DNA of 64,000 nt. Source: Candidatus Dojkabacteria bacterium (lineage in GTDB: Bacteria; Patescibacteriota; Dojkabacteria; JAOAGR01). The DNA is taken from the NCBI GenBank assembly GCA_025999155.1, contig AP026679.1, positions 163,996 through 227,995 on the forward strand, written 5' to 3'. Under the pieces are notes generated by a model, which had not been told where the DNA came from, did no database searches, and saw only the letters and a program-made list of their open reading frames with translations. Both the position numbers and the translations under genes were made by a program. Shown here piece after piece: positions 8,694 to 19,382 of this stretch. Position 1 is the first letter of the stretch; the number at the start of each line of letters is the position of its first letter.

Positions 8694-10889
8694 TTACGTT
8701 TCTGTCACTATGGCCTTACCGTCCACAGCCCATATATCTTCATATGTCAGAATCAAAGGATTAATTTCAATTTCTGCAATTTCTGGAAAATTCAATACCA
8801 AATCACTAAGCCTCTCCATAACAATAAATAGCTTTCTAATCGGATAGGGTTTCATCCCTCTGAACCCCGTAAGCAATTTATAAACCTTTGAATTCTCGAC
8901 TAATTCAACAGCATTAAAACGATCTATAGGCAATAACTTTAAATTAATATCTTGCAAGATATCAGCCATTATGCCTCCCCCTCCAAACATCATAACATGT
9001 CCAAAACTTATATCTCTTTTAATACCTAGTATCAATTCAACACCATTCATGACCTGTTTTTGAATCTGTATGACCGCATGAAAACCATGCGTTTTCTCTA
9101 ATTTTGAAGCTAGATTTTTCAGCTTATTAAAAGCTATTTGTATCTGATCCTTATTATATAAACCAGTTTTGACGGCATGATATTCAGTTTTATGCATCAA
9201 ATGAGGCGAAATTAGTTTCAGAACAATAGGACTCCCATGTTCCTCTACAAAACCAAAGCAGTCTTCAATATCATTCACAGGCGATGATGGCGGATTTTTG
9301 ATACCGCATGCATCAAATATTCCATCTGTCAAAAAAGAATTCAATACACAACTTTTCGCATCTTCAATCCTAGAAGAGGCATCTTTTTTGCCTATTTCAA
9401 TCAAATCATTTACAGCATCAAAATTAATACTGGAAACATCTTGGTTTAATATACCAATACTTAGAGACTGTATTGCTAAAGATTTTTTCACGCTTCTCAA
9501 ACGCCATTGCCACATTTTTCCTAACGCTCGGATCGCACGTTCCGGATATCTAAAATTTGGTATCTTATGTAGATTCAAAATTTTTTCTGCTTCTACGATA
9601 TGAGATCCACCCATGAAAGAACACAAAATAGGTTTACGGTGTTGATTTGACAGTCGTGCTATGATTTCAGCTGTCAAATAGCCTTCCGTCATCACTTGAG
9701 GCGTAAGGATGACTATGGCTGCATAAACATCTTCTTGACTGAGTACCGCATCCAAAGCTTCAAAATAACGCATTGCCAAAGCATCTCCTAAGACATCTAT
9801 AGGATTGTGAATACTTGCTCCTATCGGCAAGGCTTTTTTGAGCCTTTGAAGTGTTTTATTATTTAATTCTGCAAGGTGCAATCCTTCTTTTTCTATAAAA
9901 TCGGTAGCAACAACAGCGGGCCCACCAGCATTAGAAATGATTACAACACCAGATCCTTCTGGAGGTTCCTCCCATGAAAAAGCTTTAGCTAGATCAAAGA
10001 AATCCTCTAATCCTTCGCATCTTATAATACCTGCATCTTTAAATGCAGCATCAAGTACATTATCTTCTCCTGCTAAAGAACCAGTGTGCGATTGCATAGC
10101 TTTTTTACCTATCTGGCTTTTTCCTGGTTTAAGAATGAAGATAGGATCGTGTAAAGATATCTGCGCAGCAATATTTATAAAACCAATCCCATCATCTATT
10201 GATTCCAAATAAATACCAATAGGTCTATTAGTGGATAAGTTTTGATCATTAGTAAAATTCCTTTTCTGTCCTTCCTCAAACCAATATGTCAACACATCTA
10301 CTTCACTTATGTTTGCTTTATTTCCTAAAGTTACAAAATGGCTAAACCCTAGATTTTGCGAGGCTGCGAAGTCAAAAAAACTTGTTGCTACAGCTCCAGA
10401 TTGAGATAAAAATCTGAGATTTCCATCGTGCTTGCTCACAGATCCAAAAGTTGCATTTAAATTACCCTCTACAGACACCACGCCTAAACAATTCGGGCCT
10501 ATAATGTGAATACCATACAACTCTGCAGTTTCTATTGCTCTTTGCTCCAATATTTTGCCTTCTTCACCGGATTCACGAAAACCAGCAGAAACAATAATCA
10601 CATGTTTCGTCCCCTTTCGACCGATTTGATGCATTACATCTATCACGAAACTTGCAGGAATAGCAATAACCGCAAGATCAGGTACTACAGGCAGTAGAGA
10701 ATAATCCGCAAAACACTTATACCCTAAGATTTCATGTACATTTGGATTTACTAAATAAATCTCGCCTTTAAAATTCCAATTCAACAAATTTTCAACAATA
10801 ATACGCCCTACTTTTTTGCTATCTCTGGAAGCTCCTATTATTGCAACGCTCTTTGGCGTAAAGAACTTGCTCAAATCTTTACTGTACAT
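8694..10889 (-). CDS. Acetate--CoA ligase (ADP-forming), fused alpha/beta
   Basis: PKSVAIIGAS, GPNCLG, SQSGA, SHTGSLAG (phospho-His), NAGGP, HNPIDVLGDA, HKTE, EIEINPL. Confidence 0.92.
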   Translation of the reverse strand: MYSKDLSKFFTPKSVAIIGASRDSKKVGRIIVENLLNWNFKGEIYLVNPNVHEILGYKCFADYSLLPVVPDLAVIAIPASFVIDVMHQIGRKGTKHVIIVSAGFRESGEEGKILEQRAIETAELYGIHIIGPNCLGVVSVEGNLNATFGSVSKHDGNLRFLSQSGAVATSFFDFAASQNLGFSHFVTLGNKANISEVDVLTYWFEEGQKRNFTNDQNLSTNRPIGIYLESIDDGIGFINIAAQISLHDPIFILKPGKSQIGKKAMQSHTGSLAGEDNVLDAAFKDAGIIRCEGLEDFFDLAKAFSWEEPPEGSGVVIISNAGGPAVVATDFIEKEGLHLAELNNKTLQRLKKALPIGASIHNPIDVLGDALAMRYFEALDAVLSQEDVYAAIVILTPQVMTEGYLTAEIIARLSNQHRKPILCSFMGGSHIVEAEKILNLHKIPNFRYPERAIRALGKMWQWRLRSVKKSLAIQSLSIGILNQDVSSINFDAVNDLIEIGKKDASSRIEDAKSCVLNSFLTDGIFDACGIKNPPSSPVNDIEDCFGFVEEHGSPIVLKLISPHLMHKTEYHAVKTGLYNKDQIQIAFNKLKNLASKLEKTHGFHAVIQIQKQVMNGVELILGIKRDISFGHVMMFGGGGIMADILQDINLKLLPIDRFNAVELVENSKVYKLLTGFRGMKPYPIRKLFIVMERLSDLVLNFPEIAEIEINPLILTYEDIWAVDGKAIVTET

Positions 10890-11016
10890 CAGTACAGTTT
10901 AGAAATAGAAGTATGAAATAGCAATATGACAAAAAAGGTTTTAAACCCTATAGCATCATGCAATCGTAAACATAAATACAAAAATTTGAAATATCGAATA
11001 AGTGCTAAAATATCTT

Positions 11017-12792
11017 ATGGAACTATTCGCTAACACTTGTGAATTATTAACAAAAGAATCAAGTACATTGAAAAAAATAGAAATCATTTCTCAAGCATTA
11101 AAACAAATAGAGGATGTACAAGATCTAGAGTTGTTTTGTCTCTATCTGACAGGATTGATTTACCCACTAAGTATTCAAAAAAATATTAACGTAGGAAAAG
11201 CACTCATTCGTGATGCTGCATGTCTGATTACTGGATTATCCAATCAAGAGTGGAGTAAAGTGTATCGTAAATTCGGGGAAATTGGCAAAACCGTAGAATA
11301 CATATTAGAAAACCTCAGTAAGAAAAAAGATACTCAAACCATATTGTTTAGTAGCTTAGAAGCACTACAGTTTGAATATAAGCCACGAGATTTCATTAGT
11401 TTGAGCGATATTAGTGTGTACATAGACAAATTATCAAATATTTCTGGCAATATTGCAAAAACCAACATTATTGCCGAACTTCTTAGTCTATTAAAACCTT
11501 TACATGCCAAATATGTAGTAAAACTACTTATTGGAAATCTGAGAATCGGAGTACAAGAATCAACAGTGGAAGCCGCAATTGCCAAAGCCTTTGATATAGA
11601 CAAAAACAAGGTGAGTGAATTGAATTTTTATTTAGGCAACATAGGGGAAGTAGCAGTAAGATGTAGAGAAAAACAGTTCGATCATATCAAATTTTCTTTA
11701 TTTCATCCTATCAAAGCTATGCTAGCATCTGCAGAATTAGATATTGAAGAAATTTTTCAACGTATGTATGAAAAACCTAAAAATATCGATCCACAAATAG
11801 TTGATGACATACAAAAAGAATTACTTGAAGGTGTATGGGTTGAATACAAATACGATGGTATAAGAGCACATATACATAAACAAGGCGATAGAGTCGAAAT
11901 TTTCACAAGAGACTTAAAACATATCACCGACCAGTTTCCCGAAATAGTACAGTTTTTTCGCGATATGAAATTAGAATCTCAAAACACAGATGTATCATTT
12001 TTATTGGATGGAGAAATAGTACCTTATAAGAATAATCAAATCTATCCATTTGCTTATATACAAAGAAGACTGGGACGTAAAGAAAACTTAAATGATGAAG
12101 TAATAAATAACCCCACCGCGTTTATCGCGTATGATTTATTGTATTTAAACGGCAATACACTCTTTGAAATACCATTATTTAAACGCAGGAATTTACTGGA
12201 AAAATACTTTGCCAATACTGGCATGCTGTTTTCGACACAAAAAATTGTAAAAGGTAAAAATGAATTCATCGAATTTTTTCGACAATCAAAACGTGAAGGT
12301 AGAGAAGGCGTAATGGTCAAACATATCTTTTCTCGATATGAATCAGGTAAAAGAGGATTAATGTGGCTTAAATATAAACAAACACTCGAACCTCTAGATG
12401 TAGTGGTTTTAGAGGCTGAATACGGAGAAGGTAAAAATGCTAAATATCTTTCTAGCTTTACATTTGGGGTATGGGATCAAAATAAAGCTACTTTGCTACC
12501 TATAGGAAAGGTATCATCAGGAGCCAGTGAAGATGAATTAGAATATTTCACTAAGTATTTACCTAAAATAGCTGTAGAAGAGTTACCTAATGGATATAAA
12601 GTCCGACCGGAGGTAATTCTAGAAGTAGGTTTTGAAAATATACAAATTTCTAATCGCTATGCTTCGGGATTTGCTGTTAGATTCCCCAGAATACTAAGGA
12701 TAAGAACAGGCGATAAACCACTGGATGAAATCAACACCATAGAAGATGTACGAAAAATATATGAACAAATAAAGGGTCTTACGACAAAATAA
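11017..12792 (+). CDS. ATP-dependent DNA ligase (full length, with N-terminal DNA-binding domain)
   Basis: EYKYDGIRA (motif I), LDGEIV, YDLLY, EGVMVK, WLKYK, RFPRILRIR; ATG 11017 preferred over GTG 11002. Confidence 0.94.
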   Translation: MELFANTCELLTKESSTLKKIEIISQALKQIEDVQDLELFCLYLTGLIYPLSIQKNINVGKALIRDAACLITGLSNQEWSKVYRKFGEIGKTVEYILENLSKKKDTQTILFSSLEALQFEYKPRDFISLSDISVYIDKLSNISGNIAKTNIIAELLSLLKPLHAKYVVKLLIGNLRIGVQESTVEAAIAKAFDIDKNKVSELNFYLGNIGEVAVRCREKQFDHIKFSLFHPIKAMLASAELDIEEIFQRMYEKPKNIDPQIVDDIQKELLEGVWVEYKYDGIRAHIHKQGDRVEIFTRDLKHITDQFPEIVQFFRDMKLESQNTDVSFLLDGEIVPYKNNQIYPFAYIQRRLGRKENLNDEVINNPTAFIAYDLLYLNGNTLFEIPLFKRRNLLEKYFANTGMLFSTQKIVKGKNEFIEFFRQSKREGREGVMVKHIFSRYESGKRGLMWLKYKQTLEPLDVVVLEAEYGEGKNAKYLSSFTFGVWDQNKATLLPIGKVSSGASEDELEYFTKYLPKIAVEELPNGYKVRPEVILEVGFENIQISNRYASGFAVRFPRILRIRTGDKPLDEINTIEDVRKIYEQIKGLTTK

Positions 12793-13450
12793 TTTCCTTA
12801 AAAGATTTAATAGTACTTATTTGTTCTCCAAACTTCCGTACCTGGTCCTCAAAGTCGTACTTAGTAAGCCCAATTACCTTGATTCCAGCCTTTTGTAACG
12901 CAATAATCCCTGCCTCATCATTTTCAAACCCTATACATTCACTAGGATCCAATTGTAGAGATTGTAAAGCAAGCAAGTAACATTCAGGATCAGGCTTAGG
13001 ATTCTTCACCATTTCTCTTGAGATAATACAATCCCAGCGATGTTGTAGTCCTGCCATACCTAAAACCATCAAAATCTTATCATAGCTACCTCGACTAACT
13101 ACTGCTGTTTTAATACCTAAGTTCGCCAATTGTACTAATAAATCTTCTATACCTGCTCCCAGTTTTACTCCGTATTTTTTCAAGAGTTGCGTAAAAACGA
13201 ATCTTTTCCGTAGTATTAAATCATCTATTAATTCCATATCACCCGCATTCTTCTCAAGTATTTGCTTAAACACTACATCCACAGGAAGGCCTAAAAAGTA
13301 CCGAATATGATTTTCAAAAGTAACGTAATCTAAATTAAACCGTTTCAATGCCTTTTGGTAGGATAAAAAATGAAGTTCGTCAGTATCAATAATCGTACCA
13401 TCAAAATCAAAAATAAAAGCTTTATAATCATCACGGCTAATCGTAACCAT
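12779..13450 (-). CDS. HAD-family phosphatase (beta-PGM/CbbY-like)
   Basis: FDFDGTIIDT, KPDPECY, GFENDEAGI. Confidence 0.88.
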   Translation of the reverse strand: MVTISRDDYKAFIFDFDGTIIDTDELHFLSYQKALKRFNLDYVTFENHIRYFLGLPVDVVFKQILEKNAGDMELIDDLILRKRFVFTQLLKKYGVKLGAGIEDLLVQLANLGIKTAVVSRGSYDKILMVLGMAGLQHRWDCIISREMVKNPKPDPECYLLALQSLQLDPSECIGFENDEAGIIALQKAGIKVIGLTKYDFEDQVRKFGEQISTIKSFKEIILS

Positions 13451-13547
13451 TTACTTCCATCATAAAACTTTAAACCGTTGAAATCAAAAACCAAATGTCC
13501 AGGTATTCACAATAAACTAAACAGCAGTAAGTTAATACACGTTTTTA

Positions 13548-14099
13548 TTAACTTATTTCCAATCTCTGGTCGGCTTGCATAGCTTCAATTAGATTATTTG
13601 CATGAGTCAATATATCAAGCCCAATCTCTATCAAACCTGTCTCTATATCTTCACGACTCACATTGCGAGCAAAGGCTTTTTCTTTTAATTTTTTAGCAAC
13701 ACCATGGCCATGGATATCTTTTAGTCGGCCTGGCTTCATCAAAGCATAAGCAACAATAAAGCCAGATAATTCATCACAAGCAAAAAGATACTTTGCCATC
13801 AACGATTGACGCTGCACATTCGTACGCGATGGATATACATGACCTAAAATAGCATCTATAATCTCTTGACTCACTCCTGCCTCTTGTAAAATCGGAACTG
13901 CACTAAGCGGATGAGTATCAGGATATAATTCCCAATCGATGTCGTGTAACAGACCGACGATAGCCCAGTCAATCTCATTTTGATTAAGTTTACGCGCGTA
14001 AAACCTCATGCAGGATTCTACAGCATAACAGTGCTTGCGTAGATTGTGATTTTGGATATATTTTTCTAAAAGTTTATGAGCTTGCTCGTAAGTGAACAT
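13548..14099 (-). CDS. HD/HDIG-domain metal-dependent phosphohydrolase (alternative start 14114)
   Basis: LRKHCYAV, GLLHDIDWE, AILGH, ACDELSGF, KKLKEKAFA. Confidence 0.86.
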   Translation of the reverse strand: MFTYEQAHKLLEKYIQNHNLRKHCYAVESCMRFYARKLNQNEIDWAIVGLLHDIDWELYPDTHPLSAVPILQEAGVSQEIIDAILGHVYPSRTNVQRQSLMAKYLFACDELSGFIVAYALMKPGRLKDIHGHGVAKKLKEKAFARNVSREDIETGLIEIGLDILTHANNLIEAMQADQRLEIS

Positions 14100-14161
14100 G
14101 GTCAATTTTAGCATGTTAAAGATTACATATTTACTAACTAAAAATCCTTTAAAAGATAAAA

Positions 14162-14196
14162 TAAAAAGGATACCTAATTATGTAATTTAGGTATCC
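14162..14196 (-). terminator. Intrinsic terminator
   Basis: On the minus strand a 10-bp stem GGATACCTAA/TTAGGTATCC followed by TTTTT, about 30 nt after the 14229 stop. Confidence 0.75.
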
Positions 14197-14228
14197 CGTA
14201 ATTTAAATAATCATTCAAATCAGAAATC

Positions 14229-14972
14229 TTACATAGAGAGACTATAATCAACCAATTGAGCATAAGGCCTCCATGCATCTTTTTCAGCAGGTGTCAGATC
14301 ACGAGATTTAGCGACCCATTCTTCTACCATTTCCCGACTTATCGCTACTGTTTCTCCGATCATCAGATACCTTGGACCAATCGCCTGCACGATATTCGTT
14401 TCTGCAAATATTTTCTGTTCATCATCTATCTGTATATTTTGTTTTTGTAGATAGTTCAACATAGCTTTTCTGACAAGAACGTGTAGTGAGTCTTCACTTT
14501 CTGCTACATACACGTACTGAATATTATTGCTAACAGAAGGATTCAATGGACTAGCACTGTCATCGTTACTCGTATTATTATTTGTTTGTCCTTCACTTAA
14601 ATCACTAGTATTCTGCTGATTATCCATACTATTCTGACTTTGTTGATCATTTGATGTCGGAGTCGGAGAAACAGTACTATTAGAAACGCTTGCCGAATTT
14701 TCTTCACCACCATCTGAATTAGCAGAAGATCCTGAACTTCCATCCTGCGTAGAAGAGCTCGTATCTGAACCTTGTGATGTCCCTTGCATAGGCTTTGTAT
14801 ACACATAAAAGCCTACCCCTAAAATAATAATCAATAGCACACCAACAACAAATGCTACCGTCATTATGACTCTCTTATTATTAGTAGATTGTGTTGGATT
14901 ATTTGGTGTATCGTTGTTAGTATGAGCCTGTTCTTCGGCTGGCGCTTTTTGTTTCATTTGCTTTGCTGACAT
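14229..14972 (-). CDS. Membrane-anchored protein with Ser/Asn-rich linker and small C-terminal domain (possibly LysM-like)
   Basis: Single TM near residues 35-58, low-complexity S/N/Q linker, then YVYVAESEDSLHVLVRKA...LMIGETVAI. Confidence 0.6.
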   Translation of the reverse strand: MSAKQMKQKAPAEEQAHTNNDTPNNPTQSTNNKRVIMTVAFVVGVLLIIILGVGFYVYTKPMQGTSQGSDTSSSTQDGSSGSSANSDGGEENSASVSNSTVSPTPTSNDQQSQNSMDNQQNTSDLSEGQTNNNTSNDDSASPLNPSVSNNIQYVYVAESEDSLHVLVRKAMLNYLQKQNIQIDDEQKIFAETNIVQAIGPRYLMIGETVAISREMVEEWVAKSRDLTPAEKDAWRPYAQLVDYSLSM

Positions 14973-15172
14973 AGCTATGTAAGTATAAAAAATTTTCTAA
15001 AAATTTCCAGACTGCTAATGGGTTTGCTACAGTCTCATGAAAAATATTTATCAGCATCAAATTCGCAATTAGACAATCTGACATGACATGACAAAATATA
15101 CTACATACAAACTAATAAAACATAGCAAAAGTTTTTGCAGGAACAACAGGCAAGTCTAAACACAATCACAAG

Positions 15173-15256
15173 TGGTGCCGAAGGGGGGACTTGAACCCCC
15201 ACCCCTTACGGGACCTGCTCCTAAGACAGGCGTGTCTACCATTCCACCACCTCGGC
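15173..15256 (-). tRNA. tRNA-Leu(TAG)
   Basis: Reverse complement GCCGAGG...CCTGT-CT TAG GA-GCAGG...GGTTCAAGTCC...CTTCGGC-ACCA. Confidence 0.96.
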
Positions 15257-15378
15257 ATTTACAAATCAGGGTTTATTAACCATCAACTGTATAATTATGG
15301 GCATTTTACATCAAATTGATTTAAACTCAAAACATTTTATTTATGTACAAGTCTCTTTCAGACTGATAAAATTGCGAC

Positions 15379-16245
15379 ATGCGGGTTTGTATAATTGGAA
15401 AAAGTAAATCTAATGTCTCATTAGAAATCAAGATTGCTCTTGAGGAACGAGGACATGTTTGTAAAAGACTACAAGTAGTAGATATCTATTTCTCATCCAT
15501 AGTTAATCAATTTAAAGCCTTGCATCGTCGTGTAGATCTCGATCAATTTGATATTTTTATATTTAGGAATATTACTCATGGGGATAGAGAATATGTATTT
15601 ACTCTTGCAAATTACCTTGCATCACTTAATAAAATTGTATTCGACGGATTTCTGAAAAAATATATTGAAAACAATATCAACATCTTATTTCTACTATCTC
15701 AACATAATATTCCAACGGTACAATCTATTTTTACATTAGGACGTAAAACTGCACGAGATATTCTGATTGATTTGCCACATCCCATATTAATAAAGCAAGA
15801 CAACTCTGATACTAAGAACTATATCATGTCAGATGAATGGACAGATAGCTACGACGCAGTACGTACAAATACATATAAAAAATTCGAATTCCAAGAATAT
15901 GTCAATACACGAACGCTTTATCGTGTACACATGATAGGCGAACACGTAATTGGTGGTCTAAAAAGACAAATCTTAGATAAAGATAATAAACTTAGCTTTT
16001 CAAATAAATTTAAGAGTACATTTTTTCGAGTAGAAGATCACCTTGCAGATTTATCCAAAAAAGTTTCTCAAGCCTTAGACTTTGCTTTTTTTCACATAGA
16101 CTTTGTAGAAATCAATGGACAATTTTATGTATTTAATGTTAAACGATCCACAGACTTTCGTCTTTTTTCAAAACTCTCAGGAATCAATTATTGTCAAAAA
16201 CTAGTAGAGTTTTTAGAGAAAACTTATCAAAATCGATATCAATAG
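15379..16245 (+). CDS. RimK/LysX-like ATP-grasp fold protein, degenerate active site
   Basis: NIPTVQS, PILIK, FQEYV, YRVHMIG, FFHIDFV; the usual E-x-N reads NVK. Confidence 0.65.
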   Translation: MRVCIIGKSKSNVSLEIKIALEERGHVCKRLQVVDIYFSSIVNQFKALHRRVDLDQFDIFIFRNITHGDREYVFTLANYLASLNKIVFDGFLKKYIENNINILFLLSQHNIPTVQSIFTLGRKTARDILIDLPHPILIKQDNSDTKNYIMSDEWTDSYDAVRTNTYKKFEFQEYVNTRTLYRVHMIGEHVIGGLKRQILDKDNKLSFSNKFKSTFFRVEDHLADLSKKVSQALDFAFFHIDFVEINGQFYVFNVKRSTDFRLFSKLSGINYCQKLVEFLEKTYQNRYQ

Positions 16246-16922
16246 TCTTTGATAAAGACTGAATCTGTAATCAAGTGCATTATTTCATTACGATATGGTA
16301 AATTTTCGTACAGCTGTACAAATAATTGGTAAATACGATATTTATGAAAGAAAAATACCTGTCTTATAAGATATTTTTTTAAGTCAATTTCAACTTCATA
16401 ATTTAAAACACATGCATCATAATTTCCAACCTTTTGCATACTTTTATCGATAAGTTGCGTATTCCGATACAAATCTGTCCTTTTCAAAGCATCGTAAACA
16501 CTGACACCAAACTCATCGCATAATACCGGTGTCAATCTCCCTAATGAATTCGGATAAGGACGTAGATAAGCATTTGAACCAGATAAAACATCTCCATAGG
16601 CTTCTAAAGCATTATCGATGACAACCCATTCAGATGGAACAAAAAAATATACCTGTGACCCGTCATTGGAGTTTTTTTCGACTTTTTTAAAGCCTGCCTC
16701 TTTATAACGTTCTATATTGACTTCATTTAAAATATTTGGAAATAATTCCCTAGTGCGAAAGACAAATAGATAATAATAAACAGTAAAACTAATAACTGCT
16801 AACAGCACAATGACAAAAAAATAATGTATGGCTACTGAATAGTATTGTCTAAAGTTTAGCATATATACAAAGGATAACAGATACGTATTAATATCTCTAT
16901 AGTACATGATATACTCGACCAA
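16239..16922 (-). CDS. Membrane-anchored hypothetical protein, possible PsbP/DcrB-like fold (start uncertain)
   Basis: One TM, then FFVPSEW...KVGNYDACVLNY...QVFFFHKYRIYQL...ITDSVFI pattern. Confidence 0.55.
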   Translation of the reverse strand: MVEYIMYYRDINTYLLSFVYMLNFRQYYSVAIHYFFVIVLLAVISFTVYYYLFVFRTRELFPNILNEVNIERYKEAGFKKVEKNSNDGSQVYFFVPSEWVVIDNALEAYGDVLSGSNAYLRPYPNSLGRLTPVLCDEFGVSVYDALKRTDLYRNTQLIDKSMQKVGNYDACVLNYEVEIDLKKYLIRQVFFFHKYRIYQLFVQLYENLPYRNEIMHLITDSVFIKDY

Positions 16923-17033
16923 GAAAAAACATCATTCAATCATGTACATGATGGGTGATTAGCTACGAGTATGAGTATATAGAATTTAATATATAAAAAT
17001 AAATTAATAACTTTTAGAATCATTGTCTCAAAA

Positions 17034-19244
17034 GTGAGCAAAATAGAGAAAAAAACATTCAAACTTGTATCAGATTTCAAACCAACAGGGGACCAACCTC
17101 AAGCGATTGATAAGCTAACAGAAGGAATTGAAAAAGGAATGGGCCACCAAACACTGCTGGGAGCTACTGGTACTGGCAAAACTTTCACAATGGCAAACAT
17201 TATTGCCAGAGTACAAAAACCGACACTCGTTTTAGCTCATAACAAGACTCTAGCAGCACAATTAGCGGCAGAATTTCGTAAATTTTTCCCTGAAAACGCA
17301 GTAAGATATTTTGTCAGTTATTATGACTATTATCAACCTGAAGCTTATCTACCATCCACAGATACCTACATAGAAAAAGAAGCACAAATAAACGAAGAAA
17401 TTGAAAAATATAGAAATGCAGCGACCCAAAGTCTATTAACACGTAGCGACGTACTGATTGTGGCATCAGTATCCTGTATATATGGGCTAGGAAATCCAGA
17501 AAACTACGAGGCTTTGGCTGTAGAAATATACAAAGGCATGCAAATTCAAAGAAATTCTTTGCTTCGTAAATTTGTCGATATGCAATACGTTCGAAACGAC
17601 ACGGCATTTACCCGCGGATCGTTTAGAGTAAAAGGAGATGTTATAGACATATTCCCGTCTTATGAAGATAAAATTATAAGAATCGAATTTTTCGGAGACG
17701 AAATAGATAACATCAAAATTATCGAGCCAGTGACAGGGCAATATTTTGGAGACCTAGAAGAAATCATAATCTTTCCATCAAAGCAATATGTAACACCAGC
17801 CGAAATACTTAAAATACGTATTCCTAAAATAAGAGAAGAATTAGAAAGAAGAGTAAAAGAGCTCAAAGCACAAGGTAAAGATTTCGAAGCACAAAGACTA
17901 ATTCAAAGGACAAATTATGATCTAGAAATTCTTGAAGAAGTGGGCTATTGTAACGGTATCGAAAATTACGCTCCAATACTTGAAGGAAGAGAACCAGGCG
18001 AACCAGGTTCATGCCTATTAGACTATTTCCCCAAGGATTATTTAATGTTTATAGATGAAAGTCACATAACAATACCACAAATCCGTGGAATGTATTATGG
18101 TGATCGATCACGTAAACAAACTTTGGTTGATTATGGATTTCGCCTGCCATCAGCATTAGATAACCGACCTCTAAATTTCCGCGAATTTAATCAAAGAATA
18201 AATCAAGTTATATATGTATCGGCGACTCCTCAAGAATATGAATTAATTAACTCTATACAGCAAGCACAAATAGCCTATCGAAGGCCCGACCCTAAAATAT
18301 CTGAAATACTTCACAATATCGAAAAATCACATATTAAATACTTTCGTGACAATGTAGTGGCAGAAGAAAAAAACCGAAAATCTAAGACCAATCCATCGCA
18401 AATAAAGCTCTATAACAAAATTATAACTCAGTTGACCTATGATGATTACTACAAAACAGGGATAGCACAACAAATTATTAGACCAACTGGATTGCTTGAT
18501 CCAATAATTGAAGTTAGACCTCTGCTGGGGCAAGTAAAAGATTTAGAAAACGAAATTCGTATGAGAATCGAAAAAAATGAAAGAGTACTCGTTACGACTC
18601 TTACTAAAAGAATGGCTGAAGAACTGACGAGTTATCTTATAGAAAAGGGGTTTAAAGTTCAATATTTACACAGCGATATAGAAACTATAGAAAGAGTTGA
18701 GATTCTAAAAGCGTTGAGATTAGGTGTATACGATGTCGTTATTGGTATTAACTTATTACGTGAAGGTTTAGATTTACCTGAAGTATCTCTTGTCGCAATT
18801 TTAGATGCTGATAAAGAGGGATTTTTAAGGAATCAAACTTCATTGATCCAAACCATAGGTCGTGCAGCAAGACATGTAAATGGTAAAGTAATAATGTATG
18901 CTGACTACATTACCGAATCAATGAGGTTAGCAATAGAAGAAACTCAACGAAGGCGGAAAATTCAAGAACAATATAACAAGAGGCACAACATTATTCCCAC
19001 ACCAATAAAAAAGGAAATAGAAGACCAGCTCGTTCGTTCTAAAGAAAGGGAAATAGCAGCAAAAGAAGTCAAAAATGACAAACAAAAAATCATAGGCAAC
19101 ATCAATATCAAAGAAATAAAAGCTTTAATAGACGAGTATAAGCAGAAAATGGAAGCAGCAGCTGAGGAACTAGAATTCTACAAAGCAGCGGAATATAGAG
19201 ATGCAATTATTGAATTAGAAAAATTATTGAAAAGCCAAAGTTAA
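17034..19244 (+). CDS. uvrB: Excinuclease ABC subunit B
   Basis: [51 protein letters not shown]-terminal UVR motif. Confidence 0.97.
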   Translation: MSKIEKKTFKLVSDFKPTGDQPQAIDKLTEGIEKGMGHQTLLGATGTGKTFTMANIIARVQKPTLVLAHNKTLAAQLAAEFRKFFPENAVRYFVSYYDYYQPEAYLPSTDTYIEKEAQINEEIEKYRNAATQSLLTRSDVLIVASVSCIYGLGNPENYEALAVEIYKGMQIQRNSLLRKFVDMQYVRNDTAFTRGSFRVKGDVIDIFPSYEDKIIRIEFFGDEIDNIKIIEPVTGQYFGDLEEIIIFPSKQYVTPAEILKIRIPKIREELERRVKELKAQGKDFEAQRLIQRTNYDLEILEEVGYCNGIENYAPILEGREPGEPGSCLLDYFPKDYLMFIDESHITIPQIRGMYYGDRSRKQTLVDYGFRLPSALDNRPLNFREFNQRINQVIYVSATPQEYELINSIQQAQIAYRRPDPKISEILHNIEKSHIKYFRDNVVAEEKNRKSKTNPSQIKLYNKIITQLTYDDYYKTGIAQQIIRPTGLLDPIIEVRPLLGQVKDLENEIRMRIEKNERVLVTTLTKRMAEELTSYLIEKGFKVQYLHSDIETIERVEILKALRLGVYDVVIGINLLREGLDLPEVSLVAILDADKEGFLRNQTSLIQTIGRAARHVNGKVIMYADYITESMRLAIEETQRRRKIQEQYNKRHNIIPTPIKKEIEDQLVRSKEREIAAKEVKNDKQKIIGNINIKEIKALIDEYKQKMEAAAEELEFYKAAEYRDAIIELEKLLKSQS

Positions 19245-19382
19245 TTTAGATAATTAAAAACCTGACATATAAGTATATTTAGCAATATATGCATTTTCTG
19301 TGAAAAATTTCTATAATTGTCTGGTTTCGTTGCCGAGTCTGTTGATGTACAGATAAGGAATTACATAACATAGCAAGCTTAC

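Noticed and set aside
18243-18470. Intein in UvrB
   Set aside because: No His-Asn C-terminus followed by Cys/Ser/Thr; too short
19329-19380. Complete c-di-AMP riboswitch
   Set aside because: Only the 5' part resembles it and there is no room for the 3' half; kept only as a weak leader candidate
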